Shown in pieces: positions 55,278 through 63,761 of a stretch of 64,000 nucleotides of DNA (positions are counted from its first letter, which is position 1; each line of letters opens with the position of its first letter). The stretch lies in sequence record MK268344.1. The stretch is one strand, 5' to 3'. A program made the translations under genes and the position numbers. Under the pieces are notes generated by a model. It did no database searches, was not told the origin of the DNA, and saw nothing but the letters and a program-made list of their open reading frames with translations.

Positions 55278-55306
55278 GGGACAAAAACATGAAAATGTGA
55301 TATACT
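55278..55306 (+). promoter_or_regulatory. GGGACA-class promoter
   Basis: GGGACA-N17-TATACT with TGTGA. Confidence 0.75.
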
Positions 55307-55330
55307 ATAGGTATCTGATGATTTATTGAG

Positions 55331-55771
55331 ATGAAAAATATGCGATATACTTGCGGAATAATTTTTTATCGTGATGGTCAGATACTTATAGGTCATACTA
55401 CCGGGCAAGAGCATTGGGATTTACCAAAAGGTAAAACTGAAGGTACAGAGACCTATGCTGAGGCGGCTGTTCGAGAGTGTTATGAAGAAACTGGTTTTGA
55501 GATAGATGAAAAAGATCTACTCTTTATTGGTGACGTATCGTATAGAAAAGGAAAGAGGCTTATACTGTTTTATTACACCGCTAAATATAAGCCTAATCCT
55601 AGTGAACTTAAATGTATTAGTACTTACACAAATAAGTACGGACAAACGAAACCAGAATTGGACAAGTTTAAATACATTGATGTTGAGGACTGTGAATTGT
55701 ATTTGACTAAACGAATGTGTGGCAGTATTATTAAAGCTGTCAAACAATTCCAGAATATGAAAGGAAAATAA
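55331..55771 (+). CDS. Nudix hydrolase
   Basis: WDLPKGKTEGTETYAEAAVRECYEETG. Confidence 0.92.
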   Translation: MKNMRYTCGIIFYRDGQILIGHTTGQEHWDLPKGKTEGTETYAEAAVRECYEETGFEIDEKDLLFIGDVSYRKGKRLILFYYTAKYKPNPSELKCISTYTNKYGQTKPELDKFKYIDVEDCELYLTKRMCGSIIKAVKQFQNMKGK

Positions 55772-55773
55772 AA

Positions 55774-56040
55774 ATGAAAGTGAAGATTTATGGTCGGGCT
55801 GTCGGTTGCCCTTATTGCACTACAGCAAAACAAATCTGCGAACAGAATAAATTCGATATGGAATTTATCGATATGGAAGCTGTTGGAATGACTCGTGATG
55901 AACTAAGTGAAATTGTTGGTAAACCAGTTTCTACAGTTCCACAGATTTTTGTTGAAGGTGAATATATTGGTGGATGTACTGAATTCATTAAACACCTAAC
56001 AACACTAGCAGAGAAGAAAAATGACACAGATAATCAATGA
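55774..56040 (+). CDS. glutaredoxin
   Basis: CPYC, TVPQIFV, IGG. Confidence 0.93.
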   Translation: MKVKIYGRAVGCPYCTTAKQICEQNKFDMEFIDMEAVGMTRDELSEIVGKPVSTVPQIFVEGEYIGGCTEFIKHLTTLAEKKNDTDNQ

Positions 56041-56269
56041 TTTTCATGCCAAATGCACTTCACGTGCAGAACAGTTGGCAAAACAATTGGGTGTTGAATT
56101 CAAACCTTTAGATGTTTCAGCAATCGAAACATCTACTCGGAAGCGTATGGCAGCACTACAGAAGTACCGCGAACGTAAAGAAGAATATGATGCTCTACTT
56201 GAAGAAGTTTTCAAGGTTTGTACACCCCATGAGGTTCTAGAATTCATTAAGAATTCAAAAACTAAATAA
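56021..56269 (+). CDS. hypothetical protein
   Basis: 82-aa ORF. Confidence 0.75.
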   Translation: MTQIINDFHAKCTSRAEQLAKQLGVEFKPLDVSAIETSTRKRMAALQKYRERKEEYDALLEEVFKVCTPHEVLEFIKNSKTK

Positions 56270-56319
56270 TTATGAAGGAACAATCCTTCATGTTATAAAA
56301 AAATTTGGGAGAAAAGACT

Positions 56320-56562
56320 ATGCTTAGTTTTCGTGAAAAATTAGCTCAAGGCATTTTTGAGAGCCAACCTAAAGTTGCAGACATTCCTCGCAAGTCAGCA
56401 TTCTTAGGAACTATCACCAACGAAGGTTTCTGTGATTATGAAGTACCCGAAGATGATTGGTATCTTACTAAATCCACAGAACGTAGCAATCGCCTCCACA
56501 AAAGTACAATAGCAAGAAAGCATCGCAAAGAAGTGAAGCGTATTCGTTTCGGTTCAGAATAA
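56320..56562 (+). CDS. hypothetical protein
   Basis: GGGAG RBS before ATG 56320. Confidence 0.75.
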   Translation: MLSFREKLAQGIFESQPKVADIPRKSAFLGTITNEGFCDYEVPEDDWYLTKSTERSNRLHKSTIARKHRKEVKRIRFGSE

Positions 56563-56568
56563 TAATTT

Positions 56569-56595
56569 AAAGGACTCAATTAAGAGTCCTTTTTT
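56569..56595 (+). terminator. intrinsic terminator
   Basis: AAAGGACTC-AATTAA-GAGTCCTTT. Confidence 0.85.
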
Positions 56596-56609
56596 CATCC
56601 GAGGATATT

Positions 56610-57083
56610 ATGGTTACAGAACACTTTGGTAATTTATTTGACAGATACAATGATGGATTTTCCGAAGGACATTTACATATTATTGTACATGGTTGTAATG
56701 CTCAAGGTCGTATGGGTTCAGGATTTGCAAAAGAACTTCGTGCCAGATACCCGGATGCATATGAAACCTACAAATCAGTACATGAATCTAGTGGTTTAAA
56801 ACTTGGAAGTACTGTATATCACATTGTCGATGATAACTTGGTAATCGCTAATGCTATTACACAAGAGTATTATGGATATGATGGTGACAAATATGTTAGC
56901 TATGATGCTATAGATACTGTCTTTAAAGACATGAATGATTTTATCGAACTAACAGGAAGGATGACGCACCTCCACTTCCCACGTATTGGGGCAGACTTAG
57001 GTGGTGGTAATTGGTCAGTCATTAAGAATATTATTGACCACCGCATCACTAATGCGTCGAAACATCTATATATTTTGAAATAA
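56610..57083 (+). CDS. macrodomain protein (ADP-ribose processing, T4 tk.4/TARG1-DarG-like)
   Basis: VHGCNAQGRMGSGFAK, IANAITQ, FPRIGADLGGGNW. Confidence 0.88.
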   Translation: MVTEHFGNLFDRYNDGFSEGHLHIIVHGCNAQGRMGSGFAKELRARYPDAYETYKSVHESSGLKLGSTVYHIVDDNLVIANAITQEYYGYDGDKYVSYDAIDTVFKDMNDFIELTGRMTHLHFPRIGADLGGGNWSVIKNIIDHRITNASKHLYILK

Positions 57084-57106
57084 AATGCACAAAAGGATTG
57101 ACAAAA

Positions 57107-57430
57107 ATGACAATGAACGTTAAACTACTAAACATCACCAACATGGGGCCAGTACTAGCAGTTATGCAAGCACACAATGAAGAACAAGTCATTGTAACGA
57201 ACCCAGCAATCCTAGGCACTGATCCAGAAACTGGTGATCTAGCAATTAACGATTACCTAGGCGGTATTTCTGATCTAGATAAAGAAGTTGCTTTTATGAA
57301 GTACAACATTATCTCTATCAGTACCCCTGAAGCTGGTCTAGCTGCTGCATACATTGGTGCACTAGAACAAGCTATTGAATCCAAACCTGAAATTTTCGTC
57401 CCAGACAATAAGATTGTCATTGCAAAATAA
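57107..57430 (+). CDS. hypothetical protein, possibly Sm-like fold
   Basis: CTA-rich codon usage; resembles a small T4-like phage family. Confidence 0.7.
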   Translation: MTMNVKLLNITNMGPVLAVMQAHNEEQVIVTNPAILGTDPETGDLAINDYLGGISDLDKEVAFMKYNIISISTPEAGLAAAYIGALEQAIESKPEIFVPDNKIVIAK

Positions 57431-57439
57431 GAGGTAACA

Positions 57440-57817
57440 ATGAACCAGACTAACGAACGCATTTATCAAGCAGTTGTAATTCTAAAAGACACTCCACAAG
57501 ATGTAGTTGCCAAAGAACTAGTTCGTGGAACACAAGTCCTACTAGCACAATATACTCCCGGTAAAGCATCCAATCTTGGTAAGTTTGAAACTAAGCAGTT
57601 CCAAGAAACTTATCAGAAGTGGGTTGATGAAAACGAAGGTAATATTCGTGTATTCATCGCTGATGATCGTCTAGAACTTGATAGTATTGAATATCAAGCC
57701 GTTAGTCTAGAAACTGTACCTGCAAGCGGATACGGTGAAGGTGAAAGCGTCCTAGTACTAGGCCCATTTGATGGTACACGCTTAGACTTCCACCTTCAGA
57801 ATTGTACTGAAGTCTAA
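57440..57817 (+). CDS. PTH2-fold protein (degenerate peptidyl-tRNA hydrolase-like)
   Basis: QAVVILKD..KW..V..SVLVLGP..LD pattern. Confidence 0.45.
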   Translation: MNQTNERIYQAVVILKDTPQDVVAKELVRGTQVLLAQYTPGKASNLGKFETKQFQETYQKWVDENEGNIRVFIADDRLELDSIEYQAVSLETVPASGYGEGESVLVLGPFDGTRLDFHLQNCTEV

Positions 57818-57824
57818 TTAGATT

Positions 57825-57870
57825 GCACCCCTATAAATATTGTAGATAATACAATAATAGGGGTGCTTTT
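57825..57870 (+). promoter_or_regulatory. late promoter TATAAATA inside terminator/RBS-sequestering hairpin
   Basis: GCACCCCTAT..ATAGGGGTGC plus TTTT; TATAAATA 57832-57839. Confidence 0.8.
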
Positions 57871-58659
57871 ATGTCTTATGATTATCAAGGCGGTGATCCT
57901 GAATCACCACAATACGACCATAGAGAAAAGTTGAAAGACAAAATCACACAAATGCTTGGTGCTGGTGCAGTAACTGTTGAAATTACTGACGGGCAGCTTG
58001 AAATTGCGATTGATAATGCCATTGAAAACTATCGTGCATGGTCAAGTGCTTCTAAAGAAGAAGCATTTCTACATATGAAACTATACCCTTCTGAATCAGT
58101 GTATGTACTTCCTACTGAAGTTGAAATTGTTCGCAGAATCTATCGTCGAGGTAACGGTGTAGTATCTGGGGAAGGTTCAACTGTTGACCCATTCTCACTA
58201 GCATATAGTAATACTTATTTGCTAAGTGCTGTACGTGGTGCAACTGGTGGTGGGTTGTTAACATATGATCTCTATCACCAATTCGACGAAACGGTTGCAA
58301 GACTATTTGGGCGTGAAATTATATTCCAATGGAATCCAGTTAATAAGAAACTAATTATTGACCGTGATATTCGTGGTACTGAAGAAGTACTTCTTCATGT
58401 GTACCAAAACGTACCAGAAGAAATACTATTCAGACAACAAATGTCTTATCCGTGGATTCGTGATTGGACACTAGCAGAAGCTAAGATTATGTTGGGTACA
58501 AACCGTTCTAAATTCGCAACTCTACCGGGGCCACAAGGTACATTCTCAATGGATGGTGATACTTTACGCCAAGAAGGTTTTGCATTACAAGAAAAATTAG
58601 AACAGCAATTACGTAACTACAAAGATGGTGGTACACCTCTTGGTTTCATAATTGGGTAA
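57871..58659 (+). CDS. neck / head-tail adaptor protein (gp13-like)
   Basis: LGAGAVTVEITDGQLEIAID.., WIRDWTLAEAKIMLG.NRSKF..LPGPQG. Confidence 0.82.
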   Translation: MSYDYQGGDPESPQYDHREKLKDKITQMLGAGAVTVEITDGQLEIAIDNAIENYRAWSSASKEEAFLHMKLYPSESVYVLPTEVEIVRRIYRRGNGVVSGEGSTVDPFSLAYSNTYLLSAVRGATGGGLLTYDLYHQFDETVARLFGREIIFQWNPVNKKLIIDRDIRGTEEVLLHVYQNVPEEILFRQQMSYPWIRDWTLAEAKIMLGTNRSKFATLPGPQGTFSMDGDTLRQEGFALQEKLEQQLRNYKDGGTPLGFIIG

Positions 58660-58668
58660 TACAAACAT

Positions 58669-58697
58669 GGAAGTACTTAACTGTACTTCCTTTTTTT
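58669..58697 (+). terminator. intrinsic terminator
   Basis: GGAAGTAC-TTAACT-GTACTTCC plus T7. Confidence 0.85.
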
Positions 58698-58708
58698 ATA
58701 GGTATAAC

Positions 58709-59353
58709 ATGGAAAGAATTATCGTAGCAATAAATGGAACAATTGGTTCTGGTAAAGACACATTTAGTGAAGAATTCATTAAAGCTGGATATCACCGTAT
58801 GTCCTTCGCAACAGCACTAAAAGATGCCGTTGCTGTAATCTTTGGATGGGATCGAGAAATGTTAGAGGGTAATACACCAGAAGCAAGAAAAATTAGAGAA
58901 ACTAAAGATGAGTACTGGAGTGCTAAACTTGGTCGTGATATAACCCCACGATGGATACTCCAACATTTTGGTACGGATGTTGTTCGTAAGTACTTCGATG
59001 ATAATACTTGGGTGTATTCCTTAGAAAACAAGATGCGTCAGATTGATGGTAATATTATCATTACCGATTGTCGTTTCCCTAACGAATTAAGAATGCTTCG
59101 TGAAAATAATGCAACAATTATTGAAGTACAACGAAATGTTCCATCATGGTATAATGATGCATATTCATATAATGTACTATTGTCCAAGGGACGTGACGTA
59201 AAACTTCCCGAATCACTCAAAGGTATTCATCGTTCAGAATGGGCTTGGATTGGTATTAATAAACCTGATTACACCGTAAAGAATGATAGTACTGTAGAAA
59301 AGTTACACTGGAATGCATTTGTTATAAGACATGGTATAGAAGATTCAAAGTAA
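58709..59353 (+). CDS. deoxynucleoside monophosphate kinase
   Basis: GTIGSGKDT, SFATALKD, TPRWILQHFGTD, ITDCRFPNE. Confidence 0.92.
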   Translation: MERIIVAINGTIGSGKDTFSEEFIKAGYHRMSFATALKDAVAVIFGWDREMLEGNTPEARKIRETKDEYWSAKLGRDITPRWILQHFGTDVVRKYFDDNTWVYSLENKMRQIDGNIIITDCRFPNELRMLRENNATIIEVQRNVPSWYNDAYSYNVLLSKGRDVKLPESLKGIHRSEWAWIGINKPDYTVKNDSTVEKLHWNAFVIRHGIEDSK

Positions 59354-59375
59354 TCGCTTTCTATACATAAGTTTT

Positions 59376-59433
59376 AATCCTCCAATAAATAATGATATAA
59401 CGAATATTCGAATACCAATTATTTTGGAGGATT
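59376..59433 (+). promoter_or_regulatory. late promoter (TAAATA) inside RBS-sequestering hairpin
   Basis: AATCCTCCA..AAATAAT pairs with ATTATTT-TGGAGGATT. Confidence 0.75.
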
Positions 59434-59437
59434 TTAA

Positions 59438-62095
59438 ATGGCTGATTTATTATCACCCGGTGTAAGTGTAACCGTCACTGATGAATCGATTTCTGCACAA
59501 GCCGCACCCGGTACTGTGCCACTTTTCGTCATTGCAACTGCTCAAGACAAGCTAGTTCCCGGTAGTTCAGCTATCGCTTCTGGTACATTAAAGGCAAATG
59601 CTGGTAAGTTACAACTTATTACATCACAAAAAAACGCTCTTGATACTTTTGGAACACCAGTGTTTCAAAAACATCTAGGGTCTGTAGTTCAAGGTGATGA
59701 GCTAAACGAGTATGGCCTCCACGGTCTATACAGCTATATGGGAATTGCAAACCGTGCATATGTTGTACGTGCTGACCTTGACCTAAACCAATTAACACCA
59801 AGTGCTACTGAGCCTACTGGTGATGTACCTAACGGTACTCTATGGTTTGATACTTTTGCTTCTCAAGTTGAAGCATATGTAGCAAATGTGGAAAACCCAC
59901 AAAGTTTCTATGACTGGACTCTAAAACCAGTTCGCATTGTAAGTGCTGAATTGATTACTGATGTAAGTACTGTAGGATTAAACGTTGACGATCTAGTAAT
60001 CCGTCATGTTCCAAGTACTGGTCAAATGCTAGTTTACAAATTTGAAAGTGCTGGTCTAGTTCAGGTTGAAACCTATCTATCACCAATCAACAAAGTACCT
60101 ACTGGTACTGCTATCCATGCTGGTGATATCTGGCTACGTGATGGTTATGTGAAGAATGGTTCTAACTACTTCGGCACTCGCTTTGTAATTAAGCGTTACG
60201 CTTCCCTAACTAAAACTTGGGTTCCTGTTGATACTTTCACTGGTACAAGTTTCTATGATATTGAAGCAAAAACTGGTGTATCTAGTAATGCATATATCGC
60301 TGCACTATTCGATTGGGATAGCTATAGTTTCTCACTATACATGAAAACTGGCAACATTCCAACTATCAGTGCTTCTGCAACTCCACTAGGTCAAATTAAC
60401 CTCGATATTGCACAAGCTGATTGCTTCCTAACTATTAGCTATCTTAACAAATCTGCTAAAGTACTTGCAGTACCAAAAGGTCAAATCAAGAATGCAGAAA
60501 CTATTGTTTCTAATCTTAACAAAGTGGCAGCATTGATTAATGATGGTTTTAGTTTTAGTGTACAAAACAACGGTGTAACTATCACCAACAAACTAGGCTA
60601 TAGTTTTAAAGTAACTCAAAGTGGTGAAGCACTATTCGATGCAGCTAATATGAATAAACTATCTACTGATAGTAGTAACTATTCACAAATCAATCCACGT
60701 ATTATTCGTGTTTCTGATTCTGCACCACGCTCTACTGCGTCCGAAGGTACATACTGGTACGATTTCAGTAATTCTGATAATCTAACTGTTACTCTTTATG
60801 TAGCGAACTTAAGTACTGAAGATTGGGATAAAGTACAATCCAACAACATGTATCTACAAGTTGATGAACCTGCCGCTGACCGTGATTTCTGGGTTCTCCC
60901 ACTATCACAAGGTGTTGATGGTTATCAATTCTATCGTAATGTACGTGGTGAATGGGTTAAACTAGACCCAGCAGACCAAAGTACCCTAAACGGTATGATC
61001 TTTGAAGATTTCAACGGTGAAGTTCCAAGTGCTAACCTATATCAAAATGGTATGCTTGCAATTGATATGGGTAATACTGAGGGTGTTGTTAAGCAAATGG
61101 TTAATGGCAAATGGGTTGTTGTTAGTGGCGTAGCCATTGACGGAAGCGGTCTATTTGGTCGTCATGCACAACGTCAAATCATCGTAGAAGCACTAGCTGC
61201 TGTAATCGTGGGTAACGAAGCAATTCGTTCTGAATTCATCGATTTCAACCTAATGTGTTCACCGGGCTATGTAGAACTTCTAGATGAGTTTGTAACACTA
61301 AACACTGATCGTAAAGAAACTGCTTTCATCGTAACTGATGTTCCAGCACGTCTAACTCCAAGTGCTACTGCAATTCAAGAGTGGGCTACCAATGCTAATA
61401 ATGCACCAAGTAATGGTGATATTGGACGTACAACTGCTTATGCTTATGCAGCACAATACATGGGTTGGTGCTTAAGTACTAACGTTGATGGTGAAGAAGT
61501 TGCAGTACCGGGCAGTACTATCGCGATGCGTACCTATGCTTATAGCGACAGCGTAAGTTATGTTTGGTTCCCACCTGCTGGTACACAACGTGGCGTTGTA
61601 AGTAATGCTGCTTCTGTAGGTTACATCACTGATGAAGGTGAATATGCTCCAGTAGTATATAACAACGGTCAACGTGATACCATGTACGTTAACAAGATTA
61701 ACCCAATTGCGATGCGTCCAAGTCGTGGTCTATTAGTATTTGGTGACAAAACACTAGCTGCTGATGAAGGAAGTGCTCTAAGCCGTGTAAACGTAGCTCG
61801 TCTAGTTGTTTACATTCGTCGTCAACTAGAGATTCTAGCAGATCCATTCTTGTTCCGTCTAAACACTGCAAGTACTCGTCAAGAGTTTACGGGTGTAGTT
61901 AACAGTTTCCTAGCTGAAATTCTACAACTAAATGGTCTATATGACTTCTTAGTAGTGTGTGATGAATCAAACAACACCCCAACTCGTATCGATAGAAACG
62001 AATTGTGGATGGATATTGCGATTCAACCAGTACGTAGTATTAACTTTATCTACATTCCAATCCGTATTGAGAAAACTGCTTCAGCAGGTGCTTAA
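59438..62095 (+). CDS. tail sheath protein
   Basis: LLSPGVSVTVTDES N-terminus; WFPPAG..RG, KINPI, FGDKT, RVNVARL, CDESNNTP.RIDRNEL..IQP. Confidence 0.95.
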   Translation: MADLLSPGVSVTVTDESISAQAAPGTVPLFVIATAQDKLVPGSSAIASGTLKANAGKLQLITSQKNALDTFGTPVFQKHLGSVVQGDELNEYGLHGLYSYMGIANRAYVVRADLDLNQLTPSATEPTGDVPNGTLWFDTFASQVEAYVANVENPQSFYDWTLKPVRIVSAELITDVSTVGLNVDDLVIRHVPSTGQMLVYKFESAGLVQVETYLSPINKVPTGTAIHAGDIWLRDGYVKNGSNYFGTRFVIKRYASLTKTWVPVDTFTGTSFYDIEAKTGVSSNAYIAALFDWDSYSFSLYMKTGNIPTISASATPLGQINLDIAQADCFLTISYLNKSAKVLAVPKGQIKNAETIVSNLNKVAALINDGFSFSVQNNGVTITNKLGYSFKVTQSGEALFDAANMNKLSTDSSNYSQINPRIIRVSDSAPRSTASEGTYWYDFSNSDNLTVTLYVANLSTEDWDKVQSNNMYLQVDEPAADRDFWVLPLSQGVDGYQFYRNVRGEWVKLDPADQSTLNGMIFEDFNGEVPSANLYQNGMLAIDMGNTEGVVKQMVNGKWVVVSGVAIDGSGLFGRHAQRQIIVEALAAVIVGNEAIRSEFIDFNLMCSPGYVELLDEFVTLNTDRKETAFIVTDVPARLTPSATAIQEWATNANNAPSNGDIGRTTAYAYAAQYMGWCLSTNVDGEEVAVPGSTIAMRTYAYSDSVSYVWFPPAGTQRGVVSNAASVGYITDEGEYAPVVYNNGQRDTMYVNKINPIAMRPSRGLLVFGDKTLAADEGSALSRVNVARLVVYIRRQLEILADPFLFRLNTASTRQEFTGVVNSFLAEILQLNGLYDFLVVCDESNNTPTRIDRNELWMDIAIQPVRSINFIYIPIRIEKTASAGA

Positions 62096-62101
62096 TACTT
62101 C

Positions 62102-62125
62102 AAAAGGGGCTTATAAGCCCCTTTT
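62102..62125 (+). terminator. intrinsic terminator
   Basis: AAAAGGGGCT-TATA-AGCCCCTTTT. Confidence 0.85.
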
Positions 62126-62159
62126 ACTTTTGTAACTCCAAATATGGAAAGTAATCTAA

Positions 62160-62165
62160 TAAATA
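62160..62165 (+). promoter_or_regulatory. putative late promoter (TAAATA)
   Basis: Upstream of the tail tube gene. Confidence 0.6.
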
Positions 62166-62200
62166 TATTAAAGATATAATTCCAATTTTGGGAGAACAAT

Positions 62201-62887
62201 ATGGCAAATATGTTGGATAAATATGGTGTTCCACTATCTGGTGGTGGTCGTATTGCAATGAAACAACCTAAAGCGAAATATAAATTTCGTGTTATTTTCT
62301 TTGGCTTTGGTGCTGCGGAAGATGGTGATTTTATTACAATTGATACCAACACAGTAGCATCACCACACGTTTCACACGAAAACGTAACTGTTCACAGTTA
62401 CAACAGTAGTGCACACTACAAAGGTAAGTATACTTGGAGTGAGATCGAACTTGCATTCCGTGATTCTGTAGGAAACTCTTCTTTAAAAGCATTATATAAC
62501 CAAATGCGTAAAGAATTTAACTACTATACTCAAGAATCTCGTATTGCCGATGTACAATTTAAGTTCGAAATGTGGATTCAAGCTCTAGATGGTTCTAACA
62601 GTGAAAGTGTTACTAACCTTTTCCAAGGTACACAACACACATGGGTATGCCAAGGTTGTTTCATCACTGATACTAACTTTGGTGATTGGGACTATTCCAG
62701 TTCTGATCCACAAGTAATCACAGCAACAATTCAACCTGATGCATGTGCATTACTAGGCCCAACTGGTCTACCACTAGGTGATGAAGTTTCTGGTAACGGT
62801 ACTCCTGCTAATGCAAGTACTATTTCTGGTGCTCAAACCTCTATCAGTACTACATCTCTACCTGATAAAAACTTCTTTAATAACTAA
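62201..62887 (+). CDS. tail tube protein
   Basis: Follows sheath; QPKAKYKFRV, GKYTWSEIELAFRD, GCFIT..FGDWDYSSS. Confidence 0.85.
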   Translation: MANMLDKYGVPLSGGGRIAMKQPKAKYKFRVIFFGFGAAEDGDFITIDTNTVASPHVSHENVTVHSYNSSAHYKGKYTWSEIELAFRDSVGNSSLKALYNQMRKEFNYYTQESRIADVQFKFEMWIQALDGSNSESVTNLFQGTQHTWVCQGCFITDTNFGDWDYSSSDPQVITATIQPDACALLGPTGLPLGDEVSGNGTPANASTISGAQTSISTTSLPDKNFFNN

Positions 62888-62904
62888 TATTAAAATAGAT
62901 CACT

Positions 62905-62931
62905 GCCCTAGACTTGTCTGGGGCTTTTTTT
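62905..62931 (+). terminator. intrinsic terminator
   Basis: GCCCTAGAC-TT-GTCTGGGGC plus T run. Confidence 0.8.
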
Positions 62932-62935
62932 ATGC

Positions 62936-62941
62936 TAAATA
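62936..62941 (+). promoter_or_regulatory. putative late promoter (TAAATA)
   Basis: Upstream of second tube-like gene. Confidence 0.6.
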
Positions 62942-62978
62942 ATAATATGATCCAAAAATATTAAATAGGGGTTAATTT

Positions 62979-63752
62979 ATGGCAAATATGCTAAACAAAT
63001 ATGGTGTTCCTCTACCAAGTGGTAGAAATAAAACCATGCTTCAGCCAAAATCAAAATATAAATTCAGAGTGGTTGTATATAACTTTGGTACTGATATCAA
63101 TGATCGTGATCACATAGCTCTAGATGTGGATCAAGTAGATAGACCATCGGTGACATTCAACACACAAAAAGTAGATATGTTTACTACTAATAGCTCATAT
63201 ATTACTAAACATAACTGGAATCCTATTGTACTAACAATTAGAGATTCAGTAGGTAATGAATCCGCAAAAGCACTATCAAGACAGCTTCAAAAACAATTAG
63301 ATTTTCCACGTAGAATTACTTCTCGTTCGGAACAAAACTATTCTGGTTATAAATTTGGTTTAATCATTCAAATGCTTAATGGTAGAAATTCTGAAGATAC
63401 ATTAACTAATTTAGGAAGAGATACAGCAGTTGATATTTCTTCCGCATTAACAAATAACGAAGGGTTGACTAATGCAATTGATCAATTCATAGGTGGTTCT
63501 TCATATAACAGTGATGGTATCATGGAGTACTTTGTTTGTGTTGGATGTATTATTCAAGACATAAACTACGATTCTCTTGATTATAGTTCTTCATCTCCAG
63601 TAACTATGAAAATTACAATTAAACCTGATAATGTAGTACAGTATGATACTATTGCTGAAATGTACAATAGTCGTATCAATTCTCTACTTCCTGATGAAGT
63701 TAACCAAGGGCTTGATATTATTGATAAGATTTTTGGACAAGCAGGACTATAA
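62979..63752 (+). CDS. second tail-tube-like protein
   Basis: MANMLNKYGVPL..QPKSKYKFRV..WNPIVLTIRDSVGN..LDYSSS paralogous to 62201. Confidence 0.82.
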   Translation: MANMLNKYGVPLPSGRNKTMLQPKSKYKFRVVVYNFGTDINDRDHIALDVDQVDRPSVTFNTQKVDMFTTNSSYITKHNWNPIVLTIRDSVGNESAKALSRQLQKQLDFPRRITSRSEQNYSGYKFGLIIQMLNGRNSEDTLTNLGRDTAVDISSALTNNEGLTNAIDQFIGGSSYNSDGIMEYFVCVGCIIQDINYDSLDYSSSSPVTMKITIKPDNVVQYDTIAEMYNSRINSLLPDEVNQGLDIIDKIFGQAGL

Positions 63753-63761
63753 GGAGATAGT

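Noticed and set aside
1278-62352. Numerous short minus-strand and alternate-frame ORFs in the track (e.g. 6468..6794, 11363..11752, 48383..48688)
   Set aside because: They are shadows of longer, motif-bearing + strand genes, with no RBS or motifs
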